A stretch of 64,000 nt of DNA, from NCBI GenBank assembly GCA_964636385.1, contig CAZWSC010000010.1:12159-76158 (forward strand), given 5' to 3'. Source of the DNA: an uncultured bacterium. GTDB taxonomy: Bacteria > Eisenbacteria > RBG-16-71-46 > CAIMUX01. Made by a program: the position numbers and the translations under genes. Under the pieces are notes generated by a model that worked only from the letters and a program-made list of their open reading frames with translations, was not told where the DNA came from and did not search any database. Shown here piece after piece: positions 53,508 to 64,000 of the stretch (position 1 is its first letter; every line of letters begins with the position of its first letter).

Positions 53508-56102
53508 TTACGCCTCCCCCAGCTCAGTCTCCACGGTCACCGGCTGGTCCCCCGTCTCCTTCTCGTGAAGATCCAGGTTCTCAATGTGCAGCATTCTGCA
53601 GACATCCTCGAGAGGCCCGCGCAGCCCCTCCAGGATGGCGGCCGATGCCCCCACCCGCGCGCGGCGGACCGGGTTGCGCATGCTGACCTTTGCCTCGGAC
53701 TTCGCGCGGCGGACAGCCTCAGCGACGGCCAGAACATGCTCGAACACCTCCGGATCCCGCGGGCGGGCAACCCCGTCCACCTCGGCCGGCAAAGGCCAGG
53801 GACTCTGGTGGATCGAGTCCTGCATGCCCGTGTCCGCCGAATAGACCCAGTGCCAGATCTCCTCCGTCACATATGGCAGGAACGGCGCGAACAGGCGAAG
53901 CAGAACGCGATGAACCAGCCGCAGGGTCGCAGCGGCGGAGACTCGGCCCGGAGTCTCCCCCTCCTCGTAGGTGCGGGCCTTGGCCAGCTCGAGGTAGTTG
54001 TCGCAGAAGACGCGCCAGAAGTACTCCTCCGTGACTGCCAGCGCCTGCGCATAGTCGAACGCCTCCAGCGCCTCTGTGGCGCGGGCCATCACGGGGCGGA
54101 GCTGATCCACCACCAGCCTGTCCGTCTCCACCGTGATCGCTTCGGGCGTCAGGATCGCCGGGTCGAGCCCCGAAAACTGCATGATCGAGAACTTGCCAGC
54201 GTTGAAGAGCTTCGTCACGAGCCGCGTCCCGATCCGGAAGACCTGCTCGTCGTAGGCCGTGTCCACGCCCAGTCGGGCACGGGCGGCCCAGTATCGGACG
54301 CTGTCAGAACCGAACTCGTTAAGGAGGGGTTCGGGGGTCACGACGTTCCCGTGGCTCTTTGACATCTTCTTCCTGTCGGGGTCGAGGATCCAGCCACTGA
54401 TGACAACGTGCCTCCAAGGGATCTCCCGCTCGTGCGTGTAGGCCTTCAGAATGGTGTAGAAGGCCCAGGTGCGGATGATCTCGTGGCTCTGCGGGCGGAT
54501 ATCCATCGGGAAGAGGCGCCCGTGCCTGTCGGGGTTCAGCTCCCACTGCGTTGCGATCTGCGGGGTGAGGGAGCTGGTGGCCCACGTGTCCAGGACATCG
54601 GGATCCCCGGTGAAGCCGTCCGGCCTGTCGCGTTGCTCCTCCACGTATCCCTGCGGAACCTGGTCCAGCGGATCGCAGGGAAGCTGATCCATCGACGGGG
54701 TGAGGACCTCGCTGTAGACCGGCTCGCCGTTCGAGTCGAGGCGGTACCAGACCGGGATCGGCACCCCGAAATAACGCTGCCGTGAGAGACACCAGTCCTG
54801 GTTCAGCCCCTCGACCCAGTGCTCGTACCGGATCCCCATGTGAGGCGGGTGCCACTTGATCTTCCGCCCCTGGGCGACGAGTTCCTCCTTCTTGTCCAGG
54901 ATCTTCGCGAACCACTGGCGTGCGGGGATGAGCTCCAGGGGAAGATCCCCCTTCTCGAAGAACCGCACGGCGTGGGTGATCCCGGTGCGGGGTCGGTCGA
55001 CGACCCCGTCAGTCTCCGCGGCGATCTCCATGATCCGCTTCTGAGCCTGCCTGACGCGCAGCCCGGCAAGTTCGGCGTGCACCCGGTTGGCCGTGTCAGG
55101 GTCAAGCGTGTCCCACCCTGGCTGACCGTAGTTCACGGGGAGGATCCTGCCGTCCCTGCCGATGATCTGCCGCAGCGGCAGACCGTACGCGCGCCACCAC
55201 TCGACGTCCATCTGATCACCGAAGGTACAGACCATCAGGATCCCTGTCCCCTTCTCCGGATCCGCACTCTCGTCGGCCACGATCGGCACGGGGGCGCGGT
55301 AGAGGGGCGTCACTGCCCGCTTCCCGATCCACTTCCGGTAGCGCTCGTCCTCCGGATGCGCCAGCACGGCCACGCAGGCGCCGAGCAGTTCCGGGCGGGT
55401 AGTGGCGATGACCGCGTGCTCTCCGGTTCCCTCGATCTCGAAGCGGAGGTAGTTGTAGGCACCGGCGATCTCCCGGTCCGCAAGCTCGGCCTGGGCTATC
55501 GCGGTGCGGAAGTCGACGTCCCAGAAGACAGGCCGGTCGTCCTGGTAGATCTCGCCCTGCTCCAGGAGCTTCAGGAAGCTGCGCTGCGAGATGATGCGGC
55601 AGTGACGATCGATCGTCGCGTACTCCTCGCTCCAGTCGTAGGAGAGGCCGAGATGTGACCAGAGATTCCGGAAAGCCTCCTCATCCTCGCGGGTCACGAG
55701 CCGGCACAACTCGATGAAGTTCGTCCGGCTGATCGGCGTGGGATCGCCCTTTCCGCCCCTCTGTGGCTTGAGCTGCGGGTCGTAGTGGAGATGAGGATCG
55801 CACCGCACGTTGAACAGGTTCTGGACGCGCCGCTCCGTGGGAAGGCCGTTGTCGTCCCAGCCGATCGGAAAGAAGATGTTCTTCCCGCGCATCCGCTGGT
55901 AGCGGACGATGAAATCCTGGTGAGAGTAGGAGAAGAGATGCCCGACATGGAGCGACCCGCTCACGGTTGGAGGGGGTGTGTCCACGACGAACGTCTCCTC
56001 GCGCCCTCTCGTGGGATCCCAGGCGTAGATGCCGGCATCCTTCCATGCCTGACGCCACTTCGCTTCCGAATCTCGGGAGACGTACTTCTTGGGCAGATCC
56101 AT
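53508..56102 (-). CDS. valS: Valine-tRNA ligase, type 2 (archaeal-like)
   Basis: DTPPPTVSG.LHVGH, GWDDNGLPTER, DWCLSRQRYFG, KMSKS; no long C-terminal coiled coil. Confidence 0.93.
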   Translation of the reverse strand: MDLPKKYVSRDSEAKWRQAWKDAGIYAWDPTRGREETFVVDTPPPTVSGSLHVGHLFSYSHQDFIVRYQRMRGKNIFFPIGWDDNGLPTERRVQNLFNVRCDPHLHYDPQLKPQRGGKGDPTPISRTNFIELCRLVTREDEEAFRNLWSHLGLSYDWSEEYATIDRHCRIISQRSFLKLLEQGEIYQDDRPVFWDVDFRTAIAQAELADREIAGAYNYLRFEIEGTGEHAVIATTRPELLGACVAVLAHPEDERYRKWIGKRAVTPLYRAPVPIVADESADPEKGTGILMVCTFGDQMDVEWWRAYGLPLRQIIGRDGRILPVNYGQPGWDTLDPDTANRVHAELAGLRVRQAQKRIMEIAAETDGVVDRPRTGITHAVRFFEKGDLPLELIPARQWFAKILDKKEELVAQGRKIKWHPPHMGIRYEHWVEGLNQDWCLSRQRYFGVPIPVWYRLDSNGEPVYSEVLTPSMDQLPCDPLDQVPQGYVEEQRDRPDGFTGDPDVLDTWATSSLTPQIATQWELNPDRHGRLFPMDIRPQSHEIIRTWAFYTILKAYTHEREIPWRHVVISGWILDPDRKKMSKSHGNVVTPEPLLNEFGSDSVRYWAARARLGVDTAYDEQVFRIGTRLVTKLFNAGKFSIMQFSGLDPAILTPEAITVETDRLVVDQLRPVMARATEALEAFDYAQALAVTEEYFWRVFCDNYLELAKARTYEEGETPGRVSAAATLRLVHRVLLRLFAPFLPYVTEEIWHWVYSADTGMQDSIHQSPWPLPAEVDGVARPRDPEVFEHVLAVAEAVRRAKSEAKVSMRNPVRRARVGASAAILEGLRGPLEDVCRMLHIENLDLHEKETGDQPVTVETELGEA

Positions 56103-56227
56103 TCAACTCCTCCAGGGTTGTCGGCCCGGGCCTGCTCCCGGGGTCTGTCGACGATGTCATACCCAGCCTGGTCGGCGGGCTGTTCCGGCCTGATCATGAG
56201 CCGGAGAGGGGACAGTCTAGCAGAAGG

Positions 56228-56596
56228 TCACAACCCCTGCATGCTTCCCTTCAGGGCTTCCCTCACCTTCTGTCTCAGTTCGGTCGTGTCGGAACTCTTG
56301 ATCACATAGCTGTCCGCGCCCCAGCTCAGGAAGTTGTCCCTGTAGGAGTCGTAGGCGCTGTTGATGATCACCGGCAGCCTGTTGTCCCGGCCCAGGATTC
56401 TCTCGAGCGCATGCAGACCGTCCATGCCGGGCATCCTGACATCCAGGACGACGAGGTCGAACCTCCCGCGGTCAAGCAGCTCAAGCGCCTCTCCGGCATC
56501 GCCGGCGGTCTCGACCTCGTACCCCTCGTTCTCGAACTCGGCCTTGTAGAGGAGCCGCAGGTGCTCCTCATCGTCAACTATCAGCAACCTCTTCAC
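56228..56596 (-). CDS. Single-domain response regulator
   Basis: LIVDDE, LDVRMPGMDG, SAY, YVIK. Confidence 0.93.
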   Translation of the reverse strand: MKRLLIVDDEEHLRLLYKAEFENEGYEVETAGDAGEALELLDRGRFDLVVLDVRMPGMDGLHALERILGRDNRLPVIINSAYDSYRDNFLSWGADSYVIKSSDTTELRQKVREALKGSMQGL

Positions 56597-58821
56597 TGCC
56601 TTTCCTCCCTCACCTGCCGGGAGACCGGCAACGTGACGTGGAACACGGCGCCCCGGTCCCTGCCACCGTCCAGCCTGATGCTTCCGTCGTGGTTGCTGAT
56701 GATCTGGCTGCTGATCGCAAGTCCAAGGCCCGAGCCTGTGCTCTTCGTGGTGTAGAAGGGGTTGAAGAGTTTCTCCGCCTCCCGCTCATCGATCCCGATG
56801 CCGGTGTCGCCAACGGTGATCGTCACGGAAGACTCATCCGCCTTCGTTGCGACTGTCAACGTGCCGCCCCCGGGCATCGCCTCGCAGGCGTTTCGGAACA
56901 GGTTCAGCAGAACCTGCCGTATCTGGTCGCGGTCCAGTTCGACCTCGGGCACGTCCCCGTTCAGTTCCTCGACAACGCTGACCTTCCCCCTGGCTATCTC
57001 CCCGCCGATCATGTGCAGGCATTCGCGAACAAGCCTGTTGGGATCGGTCAGGCGGAATCCCGGCGGACTGGCACGGAGGAATGTGAGCGTGTCGTTGAGA
57101 TACCTCTCCAGCCTCTCCACTTCCTCTAGGATGATCCTGACCTTCTCGCCTCGCCCGTCTCCGTCCCCGAGGTCCCGGCTGAGTGAGCGGGCGAACCCTC
57201 CGATCGACACAAGCGGATTGCGGATTTCGTGGGCCACCTCGGCGGCCACCTGGCCAACCGCCGACAGCCTCTCCGCCCTGACCAGCCTGTCGCGGTTCTC
57301 CTCAAGCTCCCGATACGCACGCCCCAGCTCGGCCACCCTGGCCTCAAGGCTCGAGTAGAGACGGTTGCGCTCGACAACCTGGCTGGCGAGGTTGGCAAAG
57401 ACCTGGAGCATCCTGAACGACTCCTCCCTCACGGGCGCACCGTTGATGAGGTTGTCGGCCAGCAGCAGACCCACCGTCCCCTGTTCGCACACCATCGGGA
57501 CTATGGCCATGGTATCCGTGCCGAGAGCCTCGGCCAAACACCCCGGAAGCCCTCCCCGCCTGACGCCGTCTTTGAGATTCATCGCCGTTCTCTCGTAAAC
57601 GCATCGGACAAGGGGATTCCCTGCATCGCTAAGTGGTATCCGGATGGATCGGACCACCCTGTTCACCTGGAAGTCGCGACCGCCCACTCCGCTTCTGTAG
57701 CCGGCAAGGAGCTCGCGCAGGCTTTCGTTCTTCTCCTCGAGGTAGCGCCAGATCATCCCTGCCTCTTCGGCATTCGACGGACCCATGGCGTACTCACCCG
57801 CGAGGTGCCCGCTCTCCTCGTCCACAAAGAGTATGAAGGCGCGGTTGAAGCCGAGACCCTGCGAGGCGGTCACCCCGACAAGGATGATCCCGAGCAGCTC
57901 GGCCAGGTCGTTCGAGGAGAGAAGGGCCTCGCTGATCTCGTTGACCATCGAGAGCTCCACGACCCGTTGCTGCAGGGATCTCTGAAGCTGGATCCTCTCT
58001 GTGATGTCCTGAAGAGTCGCGAAGACCCTGACCGGCCTGCCGTCGATCCGTTCGATGACTCCAATTGTATGAACGTGGATGACCACCCCGTCCTTCCGGA
58101 TCAGGCGATACTCATTCGGCGTAAGCTCGGGCCTTCCGGATTCCAGGCAGCCGTTCAGCCACGCCGTGACGCGCTCCAGGTCATCCGGATGGTGGATCTC
58201 GGCATTGACCCGCGCATAGTCGATCTTCTCCGACCTGTCATACCCCAGCAGATCATGCAGTGCATATGACCACGTCACCTGGCCGGTCTCCAGATCCCAC
58301 GTGAAGTCGCCACTTCTCGCCAGGTGCTGGGCGGCGATGAGCCTGCGCTCGCTTTCCCGGAGCGCCTCCTCCGCCTGCTTCCGCTCGGTGATGTCAAGGA
58401 TGTTGGCAATCACCTCCAGCTTGTTCAATGGAGACACCCTCGCCTCGAAGAACAGCCTGCCGGCACCCAAAGGGAGTTCGTACTCCACCGTCTGCATGGA
58501 TCCGGTGTCGAGAGCCTCGCGGATGCAGCTCATGATGCGGCCCGCCGTCACGTCAGGCAGAAGCTCGGTGATCTTCCTCCCCAGGAGTTCCCTCTTCGGG
58601 CGGTAGAGTTGTTCCTCGGAACTGGAGAGGATGTCCAGGTAGACCCCGTCCCTGTTGGTCCGGATTACCAGGCTTGGTATGACGGCCAGTACGGAGCGGT
58701 AGTAATCCTCGGCCCGGCACAGCGTCGCCTCATCGGGCTCCGGATCGGACCCGGCCTGGTAAGGCTCCCTCATCCGCTCCTTCACCTCATCCCGGGCAGG
58801 CTTGTCGGACATTGTTGCCAC
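56593..58821 (-). CDS. PAS-PAS-GAF sensor histidine kinase
   Basis: DITERK, HPDD, GAF region, AHEIRNPL, NL.RNA, DTG.G, GSGLGL. Confidence 0.92.
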   Translation of the reverse strand: MATMSDKPARDEVKERMREPYQAGSDPEPDEATLCRAEDYYRSVLAVIPSLVIRTNRDGVYLDILSSSEEQLYRPKRELLGRKITELLPDVTAGRIMSCIREALDTGSMQTVEYELPLGAGRLFFEARVSPLNKLEVIANILDITERKQAEEALRESERRLIAAQHLARSGDFTWDLETGQVTWSYALHDLLGYDRSEKIDYARVNAEIHHPDDLERVTAWLNGCLESGRPELTPNEYRLIRKDGVVIHVHTIGVIERIDGRPVRVFATLQDITERIQLQRSLQQRVVELSMVNEISEALLSSNDLAELLGIILVGVTASQGLGFNRAFILFVDEESGHLAGEYAMGPSNAEEAGMIWRYLEEKNESLRELLAGYRSGVGGRDFQVNRVVRSIRIPLSDAGNPLVRCVYERTAMNLKDGVRRGGLPGCLAEALGTDTMAIVPMVCEQGTVGLLLADNLINGAPVREESFRMLQVFANLASQVVERNRLYSSLEARVAELGRAYRELEENRDRLVRAERLSAVGQVAAEVAHEIRNPLVSIGGFARSLSRDLGDGDGRGEKVRIILEEVERLERYLNDTLTFLRASPPGFRLTDPNRLVRECLHMIGGEIARGKVSVVEELNGDVPEVELDRDQIRQVLLNLFRNACEAMPGGGTLTVATKADESSVTITVGDTGIGIDEREAEKLFNPFYTTKSTGSGLGLAISSQIISNHDGSIRLDGGRDRGAVFHVTLPVSRQVREERQ

Positions 58822-58962
58822 CTGTCATGTGGTATGTGGCCTCGTTTCCCGCAGCGATCTGTAGTATGACCAGATGCATGCGCCAAGAGGCTAGTCCTTT
58901 CCCTTCCGGACCTCAAACGTCATCTCTTGTGGGCCTGGATCCTGCGTGCCGCGCCGGCCACT

Positions 58963-60360
58963 TCACCCGAAGGTCACCCGGAAGACGGCAGCGTTCCTCA
59001 GGAACCCGGGAGCCCGCGGTTCACGCCCCGCACCGATACGCCTTCCACGCTGCAGTTCCCATTCCAGGACCCACATGTGGTCAAGCCTCAGCATCAGGGC
59101 CACCCCCCAGGTAACGCGCATCTCGCGGTTCCCGCTGAAGATCCCGTGAACCTGCTCAACACGCCACGCCCTGCCCTGAAGCCTGCCCGGCGGAGACCAG
59201 ACACCGGTGAAGAGCGACCGGGCGTCAGCACCCATCGTGAGGCCCAGCGGATACCCGCGGTAGAAGTGGGAGCGACCGTAGACGGTGTGGCGGTCATACC
59301 ACCTGTTGGGAACCCCGGTGTGCGTCTCCGCGAAGTCCGCACGCACGGTCCAGTCGTACCAGCGCACGCCGGCACCGAAGTTCCTGCCCACTGCACTCGG
59401 AATGGGCGGATTCAGGAAGTCCTCGCCGCCGTACTCCCAGAACCCATCCAGCCCCTGCAGTCCCGGCAGGAGACCTTCGACCCAGGGGATGCGGGCCCGA
59501 AGCATGAGCGACGCCCGCTGGTCGCTGTCCGAGGGGGGGCGGTCGCCCCTGAGGTTCTCGTTCATGCCCCACAGGATGTCCCAGATTCCTCGAAGGGTGA
59601 GTCTGCCTGTGATCCCGTCTCCTCCAAAAAGCGCAGTGCGGTGGGCAGCGACCTCGAACCAGCCTGTCGGAACCCAAACAAGGGATTGCCCCATGAGAAG
59701 CGGGTTCGGAATCCCGCGGTCAGGATCGTCCGGGAACACACGATCAGGATCGTCCAGGTAGGCGAGAAAGGCATCGCCACGCCAGTGTCCCGCAGCACGC
59801 AACGGTCCGGGCAGCCGAAGAGGCCTTGTGGTCGATCCCTGCACCGACCAGAGGGGAGGCGCAGAGCGGCCCATCAGAAGCCCCCCCTGGATGCCGTCTC
59901 CCCAGCGTACCGGCATCCGGCCCACGGCAGCCCGATACCGCCCCCCTTCCGCACTCAGCTCGAGGCACTGCAGCCTCCCCTTCCAGGGGCCGCCGCTCTG
60001 CGCAGTGAAGAGCAGCTCGGTGGATGCCCCGAAACCCCGCCCGAGATCCAGAGATGCGCCACCCTGCAGGCCGGCGAGGGGGGCACCCGGCAGGAGGATC
60101 CCATCCTCCTCGGCCCAGACCGGCGGCCGGCCATCCCGGCCTGCACTGGTGCGTGCAGCCAGGATGAAGCCCTGCACGGGGAGAAGACTTACCCGGGATT
60201 CGGCAGCAGTCTCCCTGCGGGAAGGTCCGATGGAGCGGAGATCACGGGCCGGGTCCGTCCAGTGATCCCATCTGTACCTGGGAAGCTCGAGCGCGGATGA
60301 CACCGTGGTAAGCGTAGTCAGCAGGCAGATCAGGACTGCTGGGAAGCGGTGCGCTGACAT
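58963..60360 (-). CDS. Capsule assembly Wzi-family outer-membrane protein
   Basis: GR...WG.G..GGL....APP, RTALFGG, E.GGED, WY....Y...G.PLG. Confidence 0.75.
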   Translation of the reverse strand: MSAHRFPAVLICLLTTLTTVSSALELPRYRWDHWTDPARDLRSIGPSRRETAAESRVSLLPVQGFILAARTSAGRDGRPPVWAEEDGILLPGAPLAGLQGGASLDLGRGFGASTELLFTAQSGGPWKGRLQCLELSAEGGRYRAAVGRMPVRWGDGIQGGLLMGRSAPPLWSVQGSTTRPLRLPGPLRAAGHWRGDAFLAYLDDPDRVFPDDPDRGIPNPLLMGQSLVWVPTGWFEVAAHRTALFGGDGITGRLTLRGIWDILWGMNENLRGDRPPSDSDQRASLMLRARIPWVEGLLPGLQGLDGFWEYGGEDFLNPPIPSAVGRNFGAGVRWYDWTVRADFAETHTGVPNRWYDRHTVYGRSHFYRGYPLGLTMGADARSLFTGVWSPPGRLQGRAWRVEQVHGIFSGNREMRVTWGVALMLRLDHMWVLEWELQRGRRIGAGREPRAPGFLRNAAVFRVTFG

Positions 60361-60416
60361 CTGGACACCTCGCCGATAAACCCTGGCGGACCGGACGGGG
60401 AAGGGCGGAGCAGGGA

Positions 60417-61439
60417 TCAGACCCAGCTCGGGATGTCCTGGATCACCTCGATGTGACCGGAGTTGGACAGGGACCGTTCGGCTGCCTCCAGCACGCGAAC
60501 CACCTGCAACCCACCCTCCGCGTTGCTGCGGGGGGGATGACCGTCCCGGACGGATACCAGAAAGTCGTGAACCTCCGCCCTGAGCGGTTCGTAGTTCTCG
60601 AGCTTCGGCGATACGATGTCGCCGGTCCGGTAAGACAGCTGGTACTCGCCGAACGAATCCGGATCCTTGAAGCTGACACCCTTGTCGAAGATCTTGACCT
60701 GTTCCAGGTGCTCGGTGTCGTCGTACACCAGCATCTTGCTGGAGCCCACGATCGTGGTCCGGCGCAGTTTGGACGGCGACAGCCAGGAAACCTGGACGTG
60801 CGCGATCGCCCCACTGGCGAAGCGCATGAAGACGAATGCCACGTCCGGAATCCCGTCCTGCACGAAGTCCTTTCCCGTCGCAAGAACCTCAACCGGAGCC
60901 TCCCCCAGCCAGTGCATGATCATCGACAGATCGTGCGGAGCCAGATCCCAGATTACGCTGATGTCCTTCTGATGAAGCCCAAGGTTCACCCGGGTCGAGC
61001 TTATGTAGAAGACACTTCCCAGCTCTCCGCGCTCCAGAACCTCCCTGATCTTGACCACCGGAGGGCTGTACAGAAAGGTGTGCCCCACGCCGAGGATCAC
61101 CTTACGCTCCTCGGCAAGACCGATCAGCTCGACAGCCTGATCGGAAGAACTGGTGAAGGGCTTCTCCACGAAGACGTGCTTCCCCCGCAGTATTGCATCC
61201 CTGGCCTGCCCGAAGTGGCAGGACGGGGGTGTGGCTATCATGACTGCATCGAGGCCGGGAGCCGCAAGGAGATCATCGTACCGCGTGTACAACTCGGCGG
61301 CCGGATAGCGCAGCTTCAGCGTTTCGAGCTTGCGTGCGTCCTTGTCGCACAGCGACAACCTGGTGCAGAGGCGGTTCTCGCTCAGGTTCCTGACAAGGTT
61401 CGGACCCCAGTATCCACACCCGACAACTCCTACATGCAT
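60417..61439 (-). CDS. Gfo/Idh/MocA oxidoreductase (nucleotide-sugar modification)
   Basis: GVVGCGYWGPNL.RN, HVFVEKP, WDLAPHD, SWLSPSK. Confidence 0.9.
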   Translation of the reverse strand: MHVGVVGCGYWGPNLVRNLSENRLCTRLSLCDKDARKLETLKLRYPAAELYTRYDDLLAAPGLDAVMIATPPSCHFGQARDAILRGKHVFVEKPFTSSSDQAVELIGLAEERKVILGVGHTFLYSPPVVKIREVLERGELGSVFYISSTRVNLGLHQKDISVIWDLAPHDLSMIMHWLGEAPVEVLATGKDFVQDGIPDVAFVFMRFASGAIAHVQVSWLSPSKLRRTTIVGSSKMLVYDDTEHLEQVKIFDKGVSFKDPDSFGEYQLSYRTGDIVSPKLENYEPLRAEVHDFLVSVRDGHPPRSNAEGGLQVVRVLEAAERSLSNSGHIEVIQDIPSWV

Positions 61440-61516
61440 TCAGAACCCCCCTCTGCAGTCCTGTGTCGGCCGGGCCTGTCCGGGCTGATCCGGATCGGCG
61501 TCCGGACCACTCCGTC

Positions 61517-63028
61517 TCAAAGCCCGCCCTTCCCCCATATCACAACCGGAACCGTGCGGAACAGAAGCTTCAGATCCATCAGGAAGGACCAGTTGGATAT
61601 GTAGAACAGATCCATCAGGACCATGTCCTCGAACGTCACGAAGCTCCGGCCGGTAACCTGCCACAGCCCGGTCATGCCCGGGGTCACCGAGAGTCTCCGC
61701 TTCTGCCAGTCCTGGTAGAGATCAAACTCGAATGGCAGGCAGGGCCGGGGGCCGATCAGGCTCATCTCACCCCTCAGGACATTCAGAAGCTGCGGCAGCT
61801 CGTCCAGACTCGTCCGTCGGAGGAATCTTCCGATGGGAGTGATCCGGGAGTCGTCAACCAGCTTGTACACCCTGCGCCCCATGCTGTCCGTCGCGGCCGC
61901 GCCGCCTTTGGTCATCAGATCCTCGATGTAGCGGCGGTACTCAGTATCGTCGCTGCCACTGCGCATGGACCGGAACTTGTAGAAGACGAATGGCCTTCCG
62001 TCCCGTCCTATCCTGATCTGACGGAACAGAACAGGGCCGGGAGAACTCAGCCGTACCACCAGGGCGATGACCAGAATCCCGGGCAGCACTGCAATGCCGC
62101 CGACGATGCAGGCCGCCAGATCGAACACACGCTTCAGCCTTTGTCTCCAGACCGTCGGAGGAGCATGCCCCAGAGGCATTACCAGGACTCCTCCCAACGT
62201 CTCGAAGGGCATCGAGTCGACAAGCTTGTTGAAGGCATTGCACGCGACACTGACCCGGATCCCCACGCTGGAAAGCTGATCACCGAGCCGGACCACCTGT
62301 TCCCTCGGCAGATCGGGGCGCGCCAGCACGACAAGGTCAGCCCCCAGATCCAGAGCAAGTCCGGGGATCTCGTCGGGCTCAACACGGAAGAACGGGTGCA
62401 GCGGCCCCGACTGGGGCATGTCCAGGTCCATGAACCCGAGTATCTCGGGCCTGTCCGATCTCCGCAGCATGGACCTGGCCAGCTGCAGGGTCGACCAGTC
62501 GGATCCCAGGAAGAGCGCCCTCTGCCGGGGAGTCTCCGGGGCGAGCGCCCTGTCAAGAAGTACCGTCAGTATCGGCCGTACCGCCACCATCCAGACAGCC
62601 AGCATGGCGTGGTAGAAGACAAGCACAAGTCGCAGGGCGACCGGGATCTCGCGTGCGAAGAGGAAGAGCGCGCATATACCGATGGCAACCGACCACACGA
62701 CCGCCCTCATCCCGGCAGCAGCCTGCCCGCGCCAGGACGGGAAGCGACTCAGCCTGTACAGCCCGCGGGTGGCCACTACCAGGGGGAACAGGATGGCCAG
62801 AACGATCGGCCACGGACCGGCCGACGCCGAGTGCCCGTGTATGCCAACACCCGCGGCTACATAGGTCGCGGTGAGGAAGAAGGCCTCGGCAAGCCCTGCA
62901 TCGGCGAGAACCAGGAGAGCCTGGTGCCGCCTGGAAACCCTTCGTATGGGAGGACCTGAACCTGGGGCACGAGAGGACGCCCGGCGGCGCTCGGTCGAGT
63001 GCGCCGGGGCGCTCAGGGTCTGTGTCAT
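61517..63028 (-). CDS. Priming polyprenyl-phosphate glycosylphosphotransferase (WcaJ/WbaP-like)
   Basis: N-terminal TMs; [43 protein letters not shown]. Confidence 0.92.
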   Translation of the reverse strand: MTQTLSAPAHSTERRRASSRAPGSGPPIRRVSRRHQALLVLADAGLAEAFFLTATYVAAGVGIHGHSASAGPWPIVLAILFPLVVATRGLYRLSRFPSWRGQAAAGMRAVVWSVAIGICALFLFAREIPVALRLVLVFYHAMLAVWMVAVRPILTVLLDRALAPETPRQRALFLGSDWSTLQLARSMLRRSDRPEILGFMDLDMPQSGPLHPFFRVEPDEIPGLALDLGADLVVLARPDLPREQVVRLGDQLSSVGIRVSVACNAFNKLVDSMPFETLGGVLVMPLGHAPPTVWRQRLKRVFDLAACIVGGIAVLPGILVIALVVRLSSPGPVLFRQIRIGRDGRPFVFYKFRSMRSGSDDTEYRRYIEDLMTKGGAAATDSMGRRVYKLVDDSRITPIGRFLRRTSLDELPQLLNVLRGEMSLIGPRPCLPFEFDLYQDWQKRRLSVTPGMTGLWQVTGRSFVTFEDMVLMDLFYISNWSFLMDLKLLFRTVPVVIWGKGGL

Positions 63029-63217
63029 AACCTGAATCGGCCTCCTGTCCGTCGCCCCTCGAACCTGTGTCAACCAGGATCACTCCCTGATCCTGCTGTC
63101 TGTGCACCCGATAGGCACTCGGATACTCGCGGCGACGATAAGGAACGGCAGGAAGGCATGCAACAGGAATCGCGTAACGACAGCTGCCTGCACCCTCGCC
63201 GGTGTGAGGACGGCGCC

Positions 63218-64000
63218 TCAGCCCGCACGGGTCGCATCGCTACCGGTCTCCCCGGACAGACGCCGGCGCCGGCACGCGCTCTCCGGCAATACGCTGTCGC
63301 CGTTGGGCTCACCATGAATCTCCCCGGACCACCTCCCGGCCTCCCCATGTGAACCCCGCATTCCAGGCACTTCCTGATACGCCATCTCATCTTGCTCGCC
63401 TGTTGCGACAGTATCTCCGGGAAGCCAGAAGCAGAACCTGCTTCCGGCTCCGGGCTCCGACTCAACCCAGATTCGGCCCCCGTGCTCCTCGATGATCCCC
63501 TTGGAGATGACCAGCCCCAACCCTGTCCCACCGGCCATCCGGGTACTGGAGGAATCCAGCTGCCGGAAGGGCCGGAAGATCTTGGGCAGGTCATCCGCCG
63601 CGATCCCGATTCCCTGGTCCCGGACCTCTACCATCACCCCGCCTTCCCGGGCCCGCGCGCTTACCCGGATCTCGGTACCCTCGGGGGAGAACTTCGTGGC
63701 GTTGGAGATCAGATTGCAGAGAACCTGGGAGATCCGGAGCTCGTCAGCCCGGAGATCGGGGACATCCTCGTCCAGCTGAGTTTCGATCCGGATCTGCTTC
63801 CGTTCTGCCTGGCGGCTCATCTGTGAAACGGCGTTCCCGATCACCCCGCGAAGGCTTACGGGAACCAGCTTTGCCGACAGACGCGAAGACTCGAGTTTCG
63901 AGAAATCGAGTATGTCGTTGATCAGGGCTTCGAGGCGCACAACGCTCGCCTGGCAGATCTGCAGCAGTTCGCCCCCCGGCTGGTCGACCGGGAACTGCGT
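63218..64000 (-). CDS. Sensor histidine kinase, C-terminal part (5' end outside the window)
   Basis: INDILDFSKLE, NLISNATKF, DQGIGI, GGTGLGL, HGGRIWVES. Confidence 0.9.
   Translation of the reverse strand, partial: TQFPVDQPGGELLQICQASVVRLEALINDILDFSKLESSRLSAKLVPVSLRGVIGNAVSQMSRQAERKQIRIETQLDEDVPDLRADELRISQVLCNLISNATKFSPEGTEIRVSARAREGGVMVEVRDQGIGIAADDLPKIFRPFRQLDSSSTRMAGGTGLGLVISKGIIEEHGGRIWVESEPGAGSRFCFWLPGDTVATGEQDEMAYQEVPGMRGSHGEAGRWSGEIHGEPNGDSVLPESACRRRRLSGETGSDATRAG

Noticed and set aside
58895-58915. SRP RNA-like AGGTCCGGAAGG on the minus strand
   Set aside because: Lacks the following AAGCAGC and the long enclosing helix.

Overview
High-GC bacterial chromosomal window with about 52 CDS. 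I saw no rRNA, tRNA, CRISPR array or mobile element. A PorV-like barrel, FlgD/T9SS-type C-terminal sorting domains and many lipoproteins suggest a diderm FCB-superphylum or candidate-phylum organism (inference). Housekeeping genes: pdxR-pdxS-pdxT, groES-groEL-hflX, a 2-oxoacid:ferredoxin oxidoreductase operon, uup, hisN-like, cobB, uvrB-nadC-birA-ftsY, ampG, valS, a two-component pair and two surface-polysaccharide loci. Most notable: (1) a glnA-gatE-gatD operon, i.e. the classically archaea-specific GatDE amidotransferase in a bacterial context, next to a glutamine synthetase lacking the adenylylation Tyr; (2) two secreted FGE/CLec-fold paralogs with divergent C-termini flanking a T9SS-CTD protein, all sharing a short N-terminal beta-module, possibly a modular carrier/cargo display system; (3) a candidate sigma54-driven sRNA of about 180 nt, and a separate orphan terminator implying another RNA; (4) putative ATA/ATC start codons behind strong SD sites; (5) a 14-aa in-frame deletion in GroEL; (6) a peroxiredoxin with a poly-Cys N-terminus. 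All family assignments come from motif recognition by eye, not database searches.
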